Shown piece after piece: positions 25,170-38,160 of a stretch of DNA of 64,000 bases. This DNA comes from Eledone cirrhosa (Eukaryota), in the NCBI GenBank assembly GCA_964016885.1, contig OZ024757.1, positions 8,060,001 to 8,124,000 of the forward strand, written 5' to 3'. The notes under the pieces were generated by a model. The model was not told where the DNA came from, made no database searches, and saw only the letters and a program-made list of their open reading frames with translations. A program made the position numbers and the translations under genes. The first letter of the stretch is position 1. Each line of letters opens with the position of its first letter.

Positions 25170-26580
25170 AAAGGGGATGATCCGGAGAGGAGCAATTATA
25201 GGAGTATAAAACTGATGGATCGGGTTATGAAAGTGGCAGAAAGGATATTAACACAACTAATTAGAGAAAGGGTCAAACTAGATGAGATGCAGTTTGGTTT
25301 TGTGCCTGGGAAAAGTACAACAGATGCCCTCTTCTTGGTGAGACAATTGCAAGAGAGGTTCTGAGAGAAGAGTAAGTCACTATACTTAGCCTTTGTTGAC
25401 CTAGAGAAGGCCTTTGATAGGGTTCCCCGATCTGTCATCTGGAGGTCCCTAAGGAAACTAGGTTTTGAGGAATGGCTTGTGAGGACAGTGCAAACTATGT
25501 ACAGAGGTGCTGTCAGTAAAGTCAGGGTAGGAATGGAGTTTAGTGAGGAATTCCAGATACAAGTAAGAGTACATCAAGGTTCGGTCCTCAGCCTGCTCTT
25601 GTTCATTATAGGCCTCCAAGCCATAACAGAGGAGTTTAAGACTGGCTGTGTATGGGAACTTCTCTATGCTGACGATCTGGTTCTTATAGCAGAATCAGTA
25701 GAGGAGCTAGAGAATAAATTCTGGCTATGGAAACAGCAGTTGGAAGCAAGAGGACTGAGGGTGAACCTAGCTAAGACAAAAGTGTTGATGAGTAGAAAAG
25801 AGGACAAAACTCTGATTCCCTCAAGGAAATGGCCATATTCGATATGCAGAAAAGGAACTGGCATAAATTCTATAAAATGCACACAATGCAGATGTTGGGT
25901 ACACAAGAGATGTAGTGGGATAGCAGGAAAACTAACAGGTAGGGAGAAATACGTATGCAGTAGATGTACAGGGAAATTAGACAGTAGAAGTCGCATTGAT
26001 AGACACATTTTTCAAATGCAGGAGGGCGCTATAGAAGTGGTGGATAGCTTCCGGTACCTCGAAGATCAGATTAGCATGGGAGGAGGGTGTTCCGAGGCCA
26101 TAGTATCTAGAATAAGGACGGGTTGGAAGAAGTTTAGGGAGCTGCTTCCTCTGCTGGCGAAGAAGGGTTTCTTCCTGCGTACGAAAGGCCGGTTGTATGA
26201 TGCTTGTGTGTTGAGCGCGATGCTGCATGCAGTGTAAATGTGCATGAACGACCCAGCATAAATGTGTTGAGAGAGAAACTGTGTCTGAGAGGGATAGAAT
26301 GTAGTGTATGGGAGAGGAGACTGAGGTGGTATGGACATGTCATGCACATGGAGGATGACCGATGTGTGAAGAAGTGCCAGGAAATGCCAGTTGAGTACGT
26401 GGTAGGGGTAGACCACGAAAAACATGGGTGGAGGTGGTGAGAACAGACCTCAGATCATTGAAGCTCACGGTGGAGATGACGAAGTACCGTGACGAGTGGA
26501 GAGATGCTGAGCTTAATAAGACCCTTCCCACCCTTGCAAGCAGGGAAAAGCGAACGTAAAATGATGATGATGATGATGAT
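25170..26580 (+). mobile_element. RTE LINE family B fragment
   Basis: ORF 25479-26237 with YADD and PHD-type insert; (ATG)n tail. Confidence 0.9.
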
Positions 26581-26598
26581 ATATATATATATATATAT

Positions 26599-26822
26599 AT
26601 CATCATCATCACTGTTTTACGTCCGTTCTTCTATGCTAGCATGGGTTAGACGGGCTGTCCTGTTGTGGGCAGTGTCTGGTTGGCTGACCTTGTCTTGCTC
26701 ATACGGGAACTGATTCTGCCTTGATTTCTACAGCTGGATGCCCTTCCGAACACAAACCTTATTTACACTGAGAGATGGGTACTTTTCTTCCGTGGTGCCT
26801 ACATGTCCACTTTATAGTATGG
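26599..26822 (-). mobile_element. RTE/SINE 3' tail fragment (paralog 56150-56365)
   Basis: (CAT)n...TTTTACGTCC and CTACAGCTGGATGCCCTTCC on + strand. Confidence 0.75.
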
Positions 26823-26959
26823 GTTGATATATATATAATATATATATAACATATATATATATAATATATATATATCATATAATATATATAATATATATAT
26901 ATCATATAATATATATAACATATATATATATATAATATAATATATATATCTATATATAT

Positions 26960-27543
26960 CTGAGACAGACTGAGCATCAGAGGAATCAAATGCTGTGTGC
27001 AGGAGAGTCGGTTGCGTTGGTATGGACATGTGATGCGTATGAAGGATGATAGCTGCATAAAAAGGTGCAGAGCACTAGAAGTCGATGGAAGCCGCGGAGT
27101 GGGGAGACCCAAGATGACCTGGGATGAGGAGATAAAAGCCGACCTTACCCAATTACACCTCTCAAAGGCAATGACACACGACCGTGACCTCTGGCGTCAC
27201 GCAGTAATACAGAGTACCCGACCTCCCATGGGTACAAGTTGAAGCATATAGACAATATGCCCCCACACCCCCCACTGCAAGGTGGTCGTGGAGGTGCCAC
27301 GGCAAAAAAGCACCCAGCCCACACTGTAAAGTGGACGTGTAGGCGCCACGAAAAGCACCCAGCACTCACTGTAAATGAGGTTGGTGTTAGAAAGGGCATC
27401 CAGCTGTAGAAATCAAGCCAGACCAGTTCCTGTATGAGCAAGGAATGGTCAGCCGACCAGACACTGCCCAGAACAGGACAACCTGTCTAACCCATGCTAA
27501 AGTGGAAGAACGGACGTAAAACAGTGATGAGGATGATGATGAT
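26960..27543 (+). mobile_element. RTE LINE family D 3' end with structured 3' UTR
   Basis: RLRWYGHVMRM...GRPKMTW ORF 26997-27242, pseudoknot-like modules, (ATG)n tail. Confidence 0.85.
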
Positions 27544-27544
27544 A

Positions 27545-27713
27545 TCTAAAATAGAGAATGCCTAAAACTGAAGAACCACCCAACCGATTGTCTTTAAACT
27601 TTAGACATGTAATATTTATAGTCCTGTGAGTGTTTTGAGGAGAAAAATTTCAAATTTTCAATGCCCTAGGGACCGCATTAGGCGATTTAGCGATCTCCAG
27701 CACATTCGGCTAG
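27545..27713 (+). mobile_element. Short non-autonomous Helitron-like element (paralog 57601-57769)
   Basis: A|TCTAAAATAG...AACCGATTGTCTTTAAACTTT...GCTAG|T ends, no TSD; 3' hairpin not clearly intact. Confidence 0.55.
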
Positions 27714-27732
27714 TAATATATATATAATATAT

Positions 27733-27945
27733 ATGGCTTAGTGGTTAGAACATTGGGCTTGTAATTGAAAGGTTGTGAGTTCAAATCTTGGACCGGGTGA
27801 TGTGTTATGTCCTTGAGCAAGACACTTTACTTCACGTTGCTCCTTCTACCTGGAGTTGTGATCAATAGATAGTATTAGCAATTGGAAAGACCAATGGAAA
27901 CATTGTTTCTTCGGTCCAATTTGACGAAAGTCGATCGACTGACGA
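27733..27945 (+). mobile_element. tRNA-derived SINE, second family (non-ATG tail); paralog 57790-58000
   Basis: A/B boxes, GTCCTTGAGCAAGACACTT core; same body as 34391-34600. Confidence 0.8.
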
Positions 27946-28131
27946 TATATATATGTATATATATATATTATACATATATATATAATATATATATATATGT
28001 GTCACTTGCTGGATCTGCTAGAAGGACCCAGATAATATGAGATGTTCTCCCGGCTGTATCATATACTGCAAATCTATGCAGATGTATACACATATATACA
28101 CAAACACATAAAGATACACTTGTAATTATAC

Positions 28132-28650
28132 ACACATTGAAGTGGTTGATAGCTTCTGTGACTTAATTAGCAGTGGAGGATGACTGTATAACACCTGCCA
28201 ATAAAATATGATGCTGCATGGTAGTGAAACAAGGGCTGTGACAGTAGAAAAAAAGTGTAGACTGGAGAGGAATGAAGCAACCATGATACATTGGATGTGC
28301 CATTTAAGTGTGAGAGAAAGGCAGAGCTTGGACAAATTGAGGGAGAAGCTGGGTTTAAGAGGGATCTTATGAGATGTGTAAGAGAGAAGACTGGATTGGT
28401 ACGGACATGTGATACACATGGATAATGACAGCTGGGTGAAGAAGTGCCAGGATATCACAGTAGAAAGAAGCCATAGTAGAGGTACACCAAGAAAGACCTG
28501 GACAGAGGCTGTGTGAACTGACTCTCACAGAGGAGATGACAAAGGAACACGACAAGTTGAAAGATGCCATGTTGAGAAGGACATGTCCAGCCCAAGGAAG
28601 CATAGAAAAACGAACATAAAAACAGTGATGATGTTGATGAAGATGACGTA
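28132..28650 (+). mobile_element. Degenerate RTE 3' fragment (paralog 58188-58705)
   Basis: Remnants of MLHGSET, RLERNEA, WYGHV; degenerate ATG tail. Confidence 0.75.
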
Positions 28651-28697
28651 CATATTCACACATACATAATAAATAAATCAAATACAGATATGCACAG

Positions 28698-29039
28698 TGG
28701 AGGCACATGTCTTAGTGGTTAGAGCATTGGCCTTGCAATCGAAAGGTTGTGAGTTCAATTCTCAGACTGTGTGATGTGATGTTTCCTTGAGCAAGACACT
28801 TTATTTCACATTGCTCCAGTTTATTCAGCTGAAGAAATGAGATGATAGGGACTGGGGTTCCTATCATTCCACTGCAAAGTGGTCGTGGAGGTGCCACGGC
28901 AAAAAAGCACCCAGCACTCTCTGTAAATGAGGTTGGTGTTAGGAAGGGCATCCAGCTGTAGAAATCAAGCCAGAATCAATTCAGTCCCACCCTTGCAAGC
29001 AGGGAAAAGCGGACACAAAATGATGATGATGATGATGAT
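28698..29039 (+). mobile_element. Full-length tRNA-derived SINE with RTE tail (paralog 58754-59091)
   Basis: Same family as 16405-16738. Confidence 0.88.
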
Positions 29040-29203
29040 ATGCACATACTTATATACAAACATATACATGGACACAAATTTCTACACACATACATTCACA
29101 TATAGCATATGTCAATTCTGAACAATACAGTTTAGTCAGCACAAGTCTTGGTTACAACTTCTACAAATAAAATGAAAGAAGAAGAATTTCTTAGTAAAAC
29201 AGT

Positions 29204-29209
29204 TTTATT
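29204..29209 (-). terminator. Candidate AATAAA polyadenylation signal of the ZNF transcript (paralog 59256-59261)
   Basis: First AATAAA seen on the - strand after the decayed-finger tract. Confidence 0.4.
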
Positions 29210-29299
29210 CAAGATATTAACAACATTGGTGGCAGTATTTTAGGTGAGTGACATGGTTTTTACCTTGTCTGATTGTGTTTGTGTTGCATCAAGTAACAT

Positions 29300-29780
29300 T
29301 TACAAGAGAATTATTTACCACAGACACCACAATGATATGGTTCCTCTCATGTATATGTTAGTGTGTAGTGAAGTCACAACATTTAGAGAATGATTTATCA
29401 CAGACACCACAGGGATATGGTTCCTCTCCTGTATATGTTAGTGTGTAGGCAGGCCACAACATTTAGAGTATGATTTATCACAGACATCACAGGGATATGG
29501 TTCCTTTCCTGTATATTAGTGTGTAGTGAAGCCACAACATTTAGAGAATGATTTACTACAGACATCACAGTGATATGGTTCCTCTCCTGTATATTAGTGT
29601 CTAGTTAAACCACAACATTTAGAGAATGATTTATCACAGTGATATGGTTCCTCTCCTGTATGTTAGTGTTTAGTGAAACCAAAACATATAGAGAAGGATT
29701 TACCACAGACATCACAGTGATATAGTTCTTCTCCTGTATGTTAGTGTCTAGTGAAACCAAAATTAGAAAATGATTTACAT
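29300..29780 (-). repeat. Decayed zinc-finger-derived ~70-80 bp tandem repeats (putative 3' UTR); paralog 59355-59830
   Basis: Units retain GGAGAGGAACCATATCACTGTGATGTCTGTGGTAAATCATTCTCT (GEEPYHCDVCGKSFS-like) but are shorter than 84 bp and out of frame. Confidence 0.8.
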
Positions 29781-29782
29781 GG

Positions 29783-29899
29783 GCTCACGGTGTATATGAC
29801 AAAGGACCGTGACAAGTGGAGAGATGCTGTGTTGAATAGGACTCATCCCACCCTTGCAAGCAGGGAAAAGCAGACGTAAAATGATGATGATGATGATGA
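29783..29899 (+). mobile_element. RTE family B extreme 3' end inserted in the decayed-finger tract (paralog 59833-59952)
   Basis: Matches 14305-14420; (ATG)n tail. Confidence 0.85.
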
Positions 29900-30113
29900 T
29901 ATGTTTTCCCTCATCTATGCATATATTTAGTTAAATTGCTGCATTAAAAGATATATTTTCCAAACATATCAAAGTGATATGGCTTCCCACCTGTATATAT
30001 TTGTGTTAATGTAGCATTGAAAGAGAATGATTTACCATAGATATTACACTGATATATATTTGTATTCTCATTAATTCACAATTTTGTGAGGATTTATCAC
30101 TGATGTCAATTCG

Positions 30114-31890
<1,777 letters not shown>

Positions 31891-32067
31891 AATAATTTTA
31901 TCTCCAACAGAATATACTTGTAATATTTTTTAGATTATATTCCTAAAAAATATATCTTCTATATTTCCCTCAACTGTGATTTCAGTTAATAGTCTTCAAA
32001 TGATGATAAATAGAGGTGATGTATCCGAGATTGAAAATAATAATTTATCCTAATGTCATCTGGTATT

Positions 32068-32095
32068 CTGAAATAAGAAAGAAACAGTATGAGAT
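32068..32095 (-). promoter_or_regulatory. Splice acceptor of the ZNF coding exon (paralog 62109-62135)
   Basis: ACTGTTTCTTTCTTATTTCAG| polypyrimidine tract plus CAG, 177 nt upstream of the ATG. Confidence 0.7.
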
Positions 32096-32450
32096 AATAG
32101 AGAATACTTAAGAAGCAGAGATAGATTTAACAGTGGAAATTTTATATTTCTATATTGGTAGACTGTAGATATCAACTTTCCTGTCCAGAGTAATTCTCTC
32201 CAATGCAAACAGTGGTATTCCAGCATGCTCTATAAATGTTATCCTTCTATCTCTAGAGAAGTCTGCTCTATGGCAGTTTAGTGAAAAATTCCTTCTGATA
32301 GGACTCTCTAACATAGCAATTATCTACTCTCCTGGTGACATGACAACACCAGTTTAACTTCCATCTTTTTATTAGTAGGAGTCAATTGTTCCTCTACATC
32401 TTTTTCTTACTTCTTTTCTATCTTCCTCTGGGAGAAATCGGCTGTGTTTA

Positions 32451-33575
32451 TCCTTTGCAGTTGCTGCCCATGTCTTACTACCATGCAGCATCGCACATCG
32501 GCATCATATAACCATCCTTTCGTATGCAGGGACAAACCCTTCTTTGTCAACAGAGAAAGCAGCTCCCTAGACTTCTTCCAACCCATCCTTATTCTAGATA
32601 CTATGGCCTCGGAACACCCCTCCCATGCTAATCTGATCACCTAGGTACCGGAAGCTATCAACCACATCTATAGAACCCACCTGTATTTGAAAAATGTGTT
32701 TATCACTGCGATTACTACTGCCAACTTTCCCTGTACATCTACTGCATACATAGTTATCCCTACCTGTTGGTTTGCCTGCTATCCCACTACATCTCTTGTG
32801 TACCCAACATCTGCATTGCGTACATTTTATGGAATTTATGCCAGTTCCTTTCCCACATATCGAACATGGCCATTTCCACGATGGAATCAGAGTTTTGTCC
32901 TCTTTTCTACTCATCAACACTTTTGTTTAAGCTATGTTCACTCTCAGGCCTCCTGATTCCAACTGCTGTTTCCATAGCCAGAATTTATTCTCTAACCCCT
33001 CTACTGATTCGCTGATTCTGCTATAAGAACCAGATCATCAGCATAGAGAAGTTCCCATGGGCATCCAGTCTTAAACTCCTCTGTTATGGCTTTTAGGCCT
33101 ATAACGAACAAGAGTAGGCTGAGGACCGAACCTTGACGTACACCTACTTGTATCTGGAATTCCTCACTAAACTCCATTCCTACCCTCACTTTACTGACAG
33201 CACCCCTGTACATAGCTAGCACTGTCCTCACAAGCCATTCCTCTACACCTAGTTTCCTTAGGGACCACCAGATGACAGATCAGGGTACCCTATCAAAGAC
33301 CCTCTCTAGGTCAATAAAAGATATGTATAGTGACTTATTCTTCTCTAAGAACCTCCTTGTAGTTGCCTCACTATGAAGAGGGTTTCTGTTGTACTTTTCC
33401 GAGGCACAAAACCAAACTGCATCTCATCTAAATTGACCCTTTCTCTAATCAGCTGCGCTAATATTCTCTCTGCCACTTTCATAACCTGATCCATCAGCTT
33501 TATGCCCCTATAATTGCTCCTCTCTAGAGCATCCCCTTTACCTTTGTAGCAATTTATGAGAATACTGCTGTACCT
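32451..33575 (-). mobile_element. RTE family B internal fragment (paralog 62492-63615)
   Basis: ORFs 32594-32920 (PHD-type insert) and 33001-33231 (YADD). Confidence 0.88.
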
Positions 33576-33627
33576 ACATTATATGCTTTCATTATACCAT
33601 TCTATTTAGATTATATATATTGATTGT

Positions 33628-34083
33628 CATCATCATCATCGTTTAACGTCTACCTTCCACGCTGGCATGGGTTTATATGGGAATTGTCCCACTTGAGGCA
33701 AGATTGGTCGGGTGACCGTATCTCACTTGTATAGGACTAGATGGCGGGTTTTCTATGGCTGGATATCCTTCCTAACACCAACCACGTTTACAGTGTGGAC
33801 TGGGAGGTTTTTACCATGTTACCTACACGGCCACATTACAGCGTGGACTGTGTGTTTTTTTGTCGTGACACCTACACGATCTCATTTATTTAGGACTGGA
33901 TGTTGTGGTACCAACATAACTTTACAGAGATAGGGTGGTGTTGATGGGGTGGAATAGGGGTAGTGGGATGTATATTTGGTTAAGAGGTGCCTACTGACTG
34001 TAGGTTTCGCTATGTACATAGGCAAGGCGGATCTTCTGTATTACTGAGTAGCGCCAAAGATCTCGGTCCAGTGACATTGTCTT
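33628..34083 (-). mobile_element. RTE family A 3' end (paralog 63669-64000)
   Basis: 3' UTR modules and (CAT)n tail. Confidence 0.85.
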
Positions 34084-34114
34084 AATGTATATATATATAT
34101 ATATACACACAATT

Positions 34115-34146
<32 letters not shown>

Positions 34147-34154
34147 GTGTGTGT

Positions 34155-34818
34155 GTTAAACTGTTTATATACACGCATTATTCAACCTGCCCTTTGTTTT
34201 GAAGAAAAAGCCTTTAGTAAGTTGCAGTGGTAGTAGCATCCTGAACCTTTTCCATTCCATGTTCACTCAGGCTGCTCTACTTTCAGAACCCCGCCCCCCT
34301 CCACTGATTGTATCATCACCCAGGTAACAGAAGCTGTCTACCTCTTCTATGTGACCCTCCAACAGTTTGTTAGGGCTTGTTTCCTGTGAAGGCGTGTGGC
34401 TGAGTGGTTAGAGAATTGGATTCGCAATCGTGAGGTTGTGAGTTTGATTCACCGACCGGGTGATGTGTTATGTCTTTGAGCAAGACATTTTATTTCACAT
34501 TGCTCCTTCTACCTGGAGTTGTGACTGACAGATAGTATTAGCAATTGGAAAGACCAATGGAAACATTGTTTCCTCGGTCCAATTTGACGAAAGTCAATCG
34601 TTGCTTCCTGTGAATGTTTGCTGCCTACTGCTCCTGTGCAATGGCCACATGTAAAACCTATATTCTTAGCTAACCTACCTGAGATCCCACTACATCTCTT
34701 GTGTACCCATTGTTTGTATTTTGGACAGAGAATGGAATTTCTACCTACACCTTTCTAGCACACAGAGCAAGGCCATTTTTCTGAGGGGATCAGGGCTCTG
34801 TTTTCCCTTCTACTGATA
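34155..34818 (-). mobile_element. Degenerate RTE fragment (PHD-insert region) interrupted by a SINE
   Basis: Reverse strand KWPCSVC..GVGRNSILCPKYKQWVHKRCSG..FTCGHC, FCYLG. Confidence 0.75.
34391..34600 (+). mobile_element. tRNA-derived SINE (second family) with target-site duplication
   Basis: GGCGTGTGGCTGAGTGGTTAGAG head; flanked by TTCCTGTGAA at 34381-34390 and 34605-34614. Confidence 0.88.
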
Positions 34819-35028
34819 CTTGGCTGGCTAACCCAGATCTAGTCCTCAACAAATGAAACACTAGTGGAGTCGTAGGGGTACACTAAGTGACATACAGTAT
34901 TTCTCAGGCATATTTAAAAACCTGATCGAGCCCATCACCTCTCTCGTTTGAACAGAATTGAGATCTGAATAAAACTTCAAGTGAAATCAGATATTGTATG
35001 GATTCATATAGACTCGTAACTCCTGGTC

Positions 35029-35488
35029 TAAACACAGCCGATTTCTCCCAGAGGAAGATAGAAAAGAAGTAAGAAAAAGATGTAGAGGAACAATTGACTC
35101 CTACTAATAAAAAGATGGAAGTTAAACTGGTGTTGTCATGTCACCAGGAGAGGAGATAATAGCTATGTTAGAGAGTCCTATCAGAAGGAATTTTTCACTA
35201 AACTGCCATAGAGCAGACTTCTCTAGAGATAGAAGGATAACATTTATAGAGCATGCTGGAATACCACTGTTTGCATTGGAGAGAATTACTCTGGACAGGA
35301 AAGTTGATATGTACAGTCTACCAATATAGAAATATAAAATTTCCACTGTTAAATCTATCTCTGCTTCTTAAGTATTCTCTATTATCTCATACTGTTTCTT
35401 TCTTATTTCAGAATACCAGATGACATTGGGATAAATTATTATTTTCAATCTCGGATACATCACCTCTATTTATCATCATTTGAAGACT
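35029..35488 (+). repeat. Inverted copy of the ZNF intron end, acceptor and 5' UTR (31991-32450)
   Basis: Near-identical reverse complement; then fuses to an RTE fragment at GAAGACT. Confidence 0.9.
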
Positions 35489-35800
35489 GGAGAGAAGCAA
35501 GCATGCTCCGTTGGATGTGCAATGTCAATGTGTGTGAACGACCAAGCATAGACGAGTTGAGAAAGAAACTGGGTATTAGAGGGATAACTTGTGGTGTGCA
35601 GGAGAGAAGACTGAGATGGTATGGACATGTGACCACTGGGTAAAGAAGTGCCAAATAATCCCAGTAGTAGGAAGACGCAGAAGAGGTAGACCACGTAAAA
35701 CATTGGCGGAGGTGGTGAGAGAAGACCTCAGATTGCTGAAACTCACCGAGGAGATGACAAGTGGAGAGATGCTGTGCTGAATAGGACCTGTCCCACCCTT
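35485..35800 (+). mobile_element. Degenerate RTE 3' fragment
   Basis: ASMLRWMC, RLRWYGHV, GRPRKT remnants. Confidence 0.8.
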
Positions 35801-35949
35801 ATACTATATACTAGTATTCCAGTGTTTAGGGAGAGACCGATAACATTGTTAGAACACATTGCAGCCTTGAAGAGCTGGTTTCAACAAGATTGGGTGATGA
35901 AAGTTATAGTTTTTGTAGTAGGATCTTATCACATAAGGTTTCTTCAAAG

Positions 35950-36300
35950 ATTCTTCTAGAGTTACAGTCATTTATATATATATGTGTGTGTTTTGAACAA
36001 TGAAAGTAAAACAAGAGATAAAGATATGTTCTTAATTAGTTCATTGTTTTACGATCATTTCAGAGATTTGATTGATCATGGTAGATTGATATATTGACAA
36101 ACAGGTAGTTGTTATGTCACTAACTATTTCTAGTCTCAAAATCCCTGATCAATCACACCGTATCAATATATTGATTTACCATGATCAATCAACCCTCTGA
36201 AACGATTGTAAAACAATGAACCATATCTCAGACTTTTGTTTTATTTTCAATGTTCAATACCCACAAACACACATATATAATTGACAATTTCTTTGGAATA
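35950..36300. mobile_element. Foldback/MITE-like inverted repeat (~350 bp)
   Basis: TTCATTGTTTTACGATCATTTCAGAG...TGATTGATCATGGTA mirrored by TACCATGATCAATCA...CTCTGAAACGATTGTAAAACAATGAA. Confidence 0.75.
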
Positions 36301-36559
36301 ATTGATAAGACTTGTGGCTGGAACAAAGTACCAGCCAGACAGAGGGAGACATAGTGGTGAAACAGCACAGTAGATAGAGCTATTAACCCTGTAGCATTTA
36401 CATTACTCTATATTTACTATTATATTTTCATGGTAAAGTCTTTATCTCACATAATATTGAATCTATGAGACTTTGATATTACTTATTTTGAGGACAATAC
36501 ATTAACATCAATATGAGCAGCGAGTTACAGCCGGTTTGAACAGAAAGAAGTGAGAGAAT

Positions 36560-37915
36560 TCTGGCTGGATATGGCCAGTTTAAATGATAAAGGGTTAAAG
36601 ACAAGTGACAGGCATGGGAAGACTGGAAAAATAGGGGCTTCAGACCAGGTCCAGGTAGTTAAGACAGAAGCTAGAAGACAGGTATACATAACACAGAGAG
36701 AGGCTGAAAAAAGAAAGTTTGTCAACGTATTGAGACATGAGAATCAGAGGTGTGAAGTGTTCCACATTGCAAGACAGGGAAAGGTGTGTTAAAAATGACA
36801 CTGGTACACTTAGCACCACTGATGCTCAAAAGAAAGAGGTCTGGAAATGTTACTATGAAAGATTGATGAATGTAGAGAATAAATTAAGAAGCAATCTTAG
36901 ACTTTTGTTTTATGTTCATTGTTCAACACACACACACATATAATTGACATTCTCTTTGGAATTACTGATGAAACTTGTTAGTGACACAACTACAAGAGAG
37001 GTTCCTAGCCAAGATTAAGCTGCAATATTTAGCTTTTATAGATGTAGAAAAGGCCTTTGACAGAGTACCTTTCTCTATTATCTGGTGGTCCTTCAGAAAA
37101 TTAGGTGGAGAATGGCTTTTGAGAGCAGTGCAAGCCATGTACAGAGGAGCTGTCAGTAAAGTGAGAGTAGGAAGGGAGTTTAGTGAAGAATTCAATGTAC
37201 AGGTAGGTGTTCATCATGGTTCAGTTCACAACACACTGCTGTTCTTCATAGTTCTCCAGGCCATAACCAATGGGGTTAAGACTGGCTGTTCACGGGAAAC
37301 AGTCTATATGAATGATCTGGTCCTTATAGCTGAATCCATAAAAGAACTAGAGAATAAGTGACCCTACTGCATATGTAGGAAAGAAGTAGGCATAAACTGT
37401 ACACAATGATAGCTTCCGCTATCTAGGTAACCTAATTAGCAGCGGAGGAGGGTGCCTCGTAAGAGAGGATAGGATTGAAGTTTAGAGAGCTACTTCCACT
37501 GTTGGCAAATACAGGTTTCTCCCTACGTACAAAGATGTTGGCTGTACAATGCTTGTGTGTAAAGTGCAATATTGCATGGAAGTGAAACATGGGCAGTAAC
37601 TGCAGAAGACATGCATAAGCTGGAGAGAAATAGAGCAACCATGCTTCATTGGGTGTGCAACGTAAATGTGAGAGGAAGGCAGAGCTTGGATAAAATGAGG
37701 AAGTAATTGGTAATCACTGGTTAAAGAAGTGCCACGGAAAACCAGAGAAGGGAAGCCATACTAGAGCGAGCTGAGGGTAGATGTGGTGAGAGCTGATCTC
37801 AAATTGCTGAGACTCACAGATGACGAAGGAACAAGCGAGTGGGGAGATGTTGTGCTTAAAAGGACCCACCAACCCATGCAGGATTGAAAAACGGACGTAA
37901 AACTATGATGGTGTA
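36560..37915 (+). mobile_element. Old RTE family C fragments with internal deletions (related blocks 47405-48235, 50597-51430)
   Basis: ORF 36975-37361 FIDVEKAFDRV, GVHHGS, degenerate YADD; PHD region largely deleted. Confidence 0.8.
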
Positions 37916-37974
37916 GATGAAGTAAATTATATCAAAATAGATTTAGACTAAAACGAACATAACTTCGCTGAAAC

Positions 37975-38160
37975 AACAACTAGGTACAGCTAAATATAAA
38001 CTATATTTTATAATGTAAGGTAGTGAACCACATAATTAAATAGACGGAGGTAATTTAAATAATAAATATATCTTTAATTTACTTAAAGCAATAACAAGTT
38101 ACAGCTAAATATAAAATATATTTTATAATGTAAGGTAGTGAACCACATAATTAAAGACAG
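37975..38160. repeat. ~120 bp AT-rich tandem repeat (also 48295-48500, 51495-51597, 52145-52365)
   Basis: Unit AACAAGGTACAGCTAAATATAAA...GTAAGGTAGTGAACCACATAATTAAATAGACGGAGG. Confidence 0.8.

Noticed and set aside
35138-35329. 63 aa ORF MSPGEEIIAMLESP (also 62191-62382)
   Set aside because: Lies in the putative intron; recurrence is explained by recent duplication, no recognisable domain, and the paralog near 32325 has a substitution creating a stop
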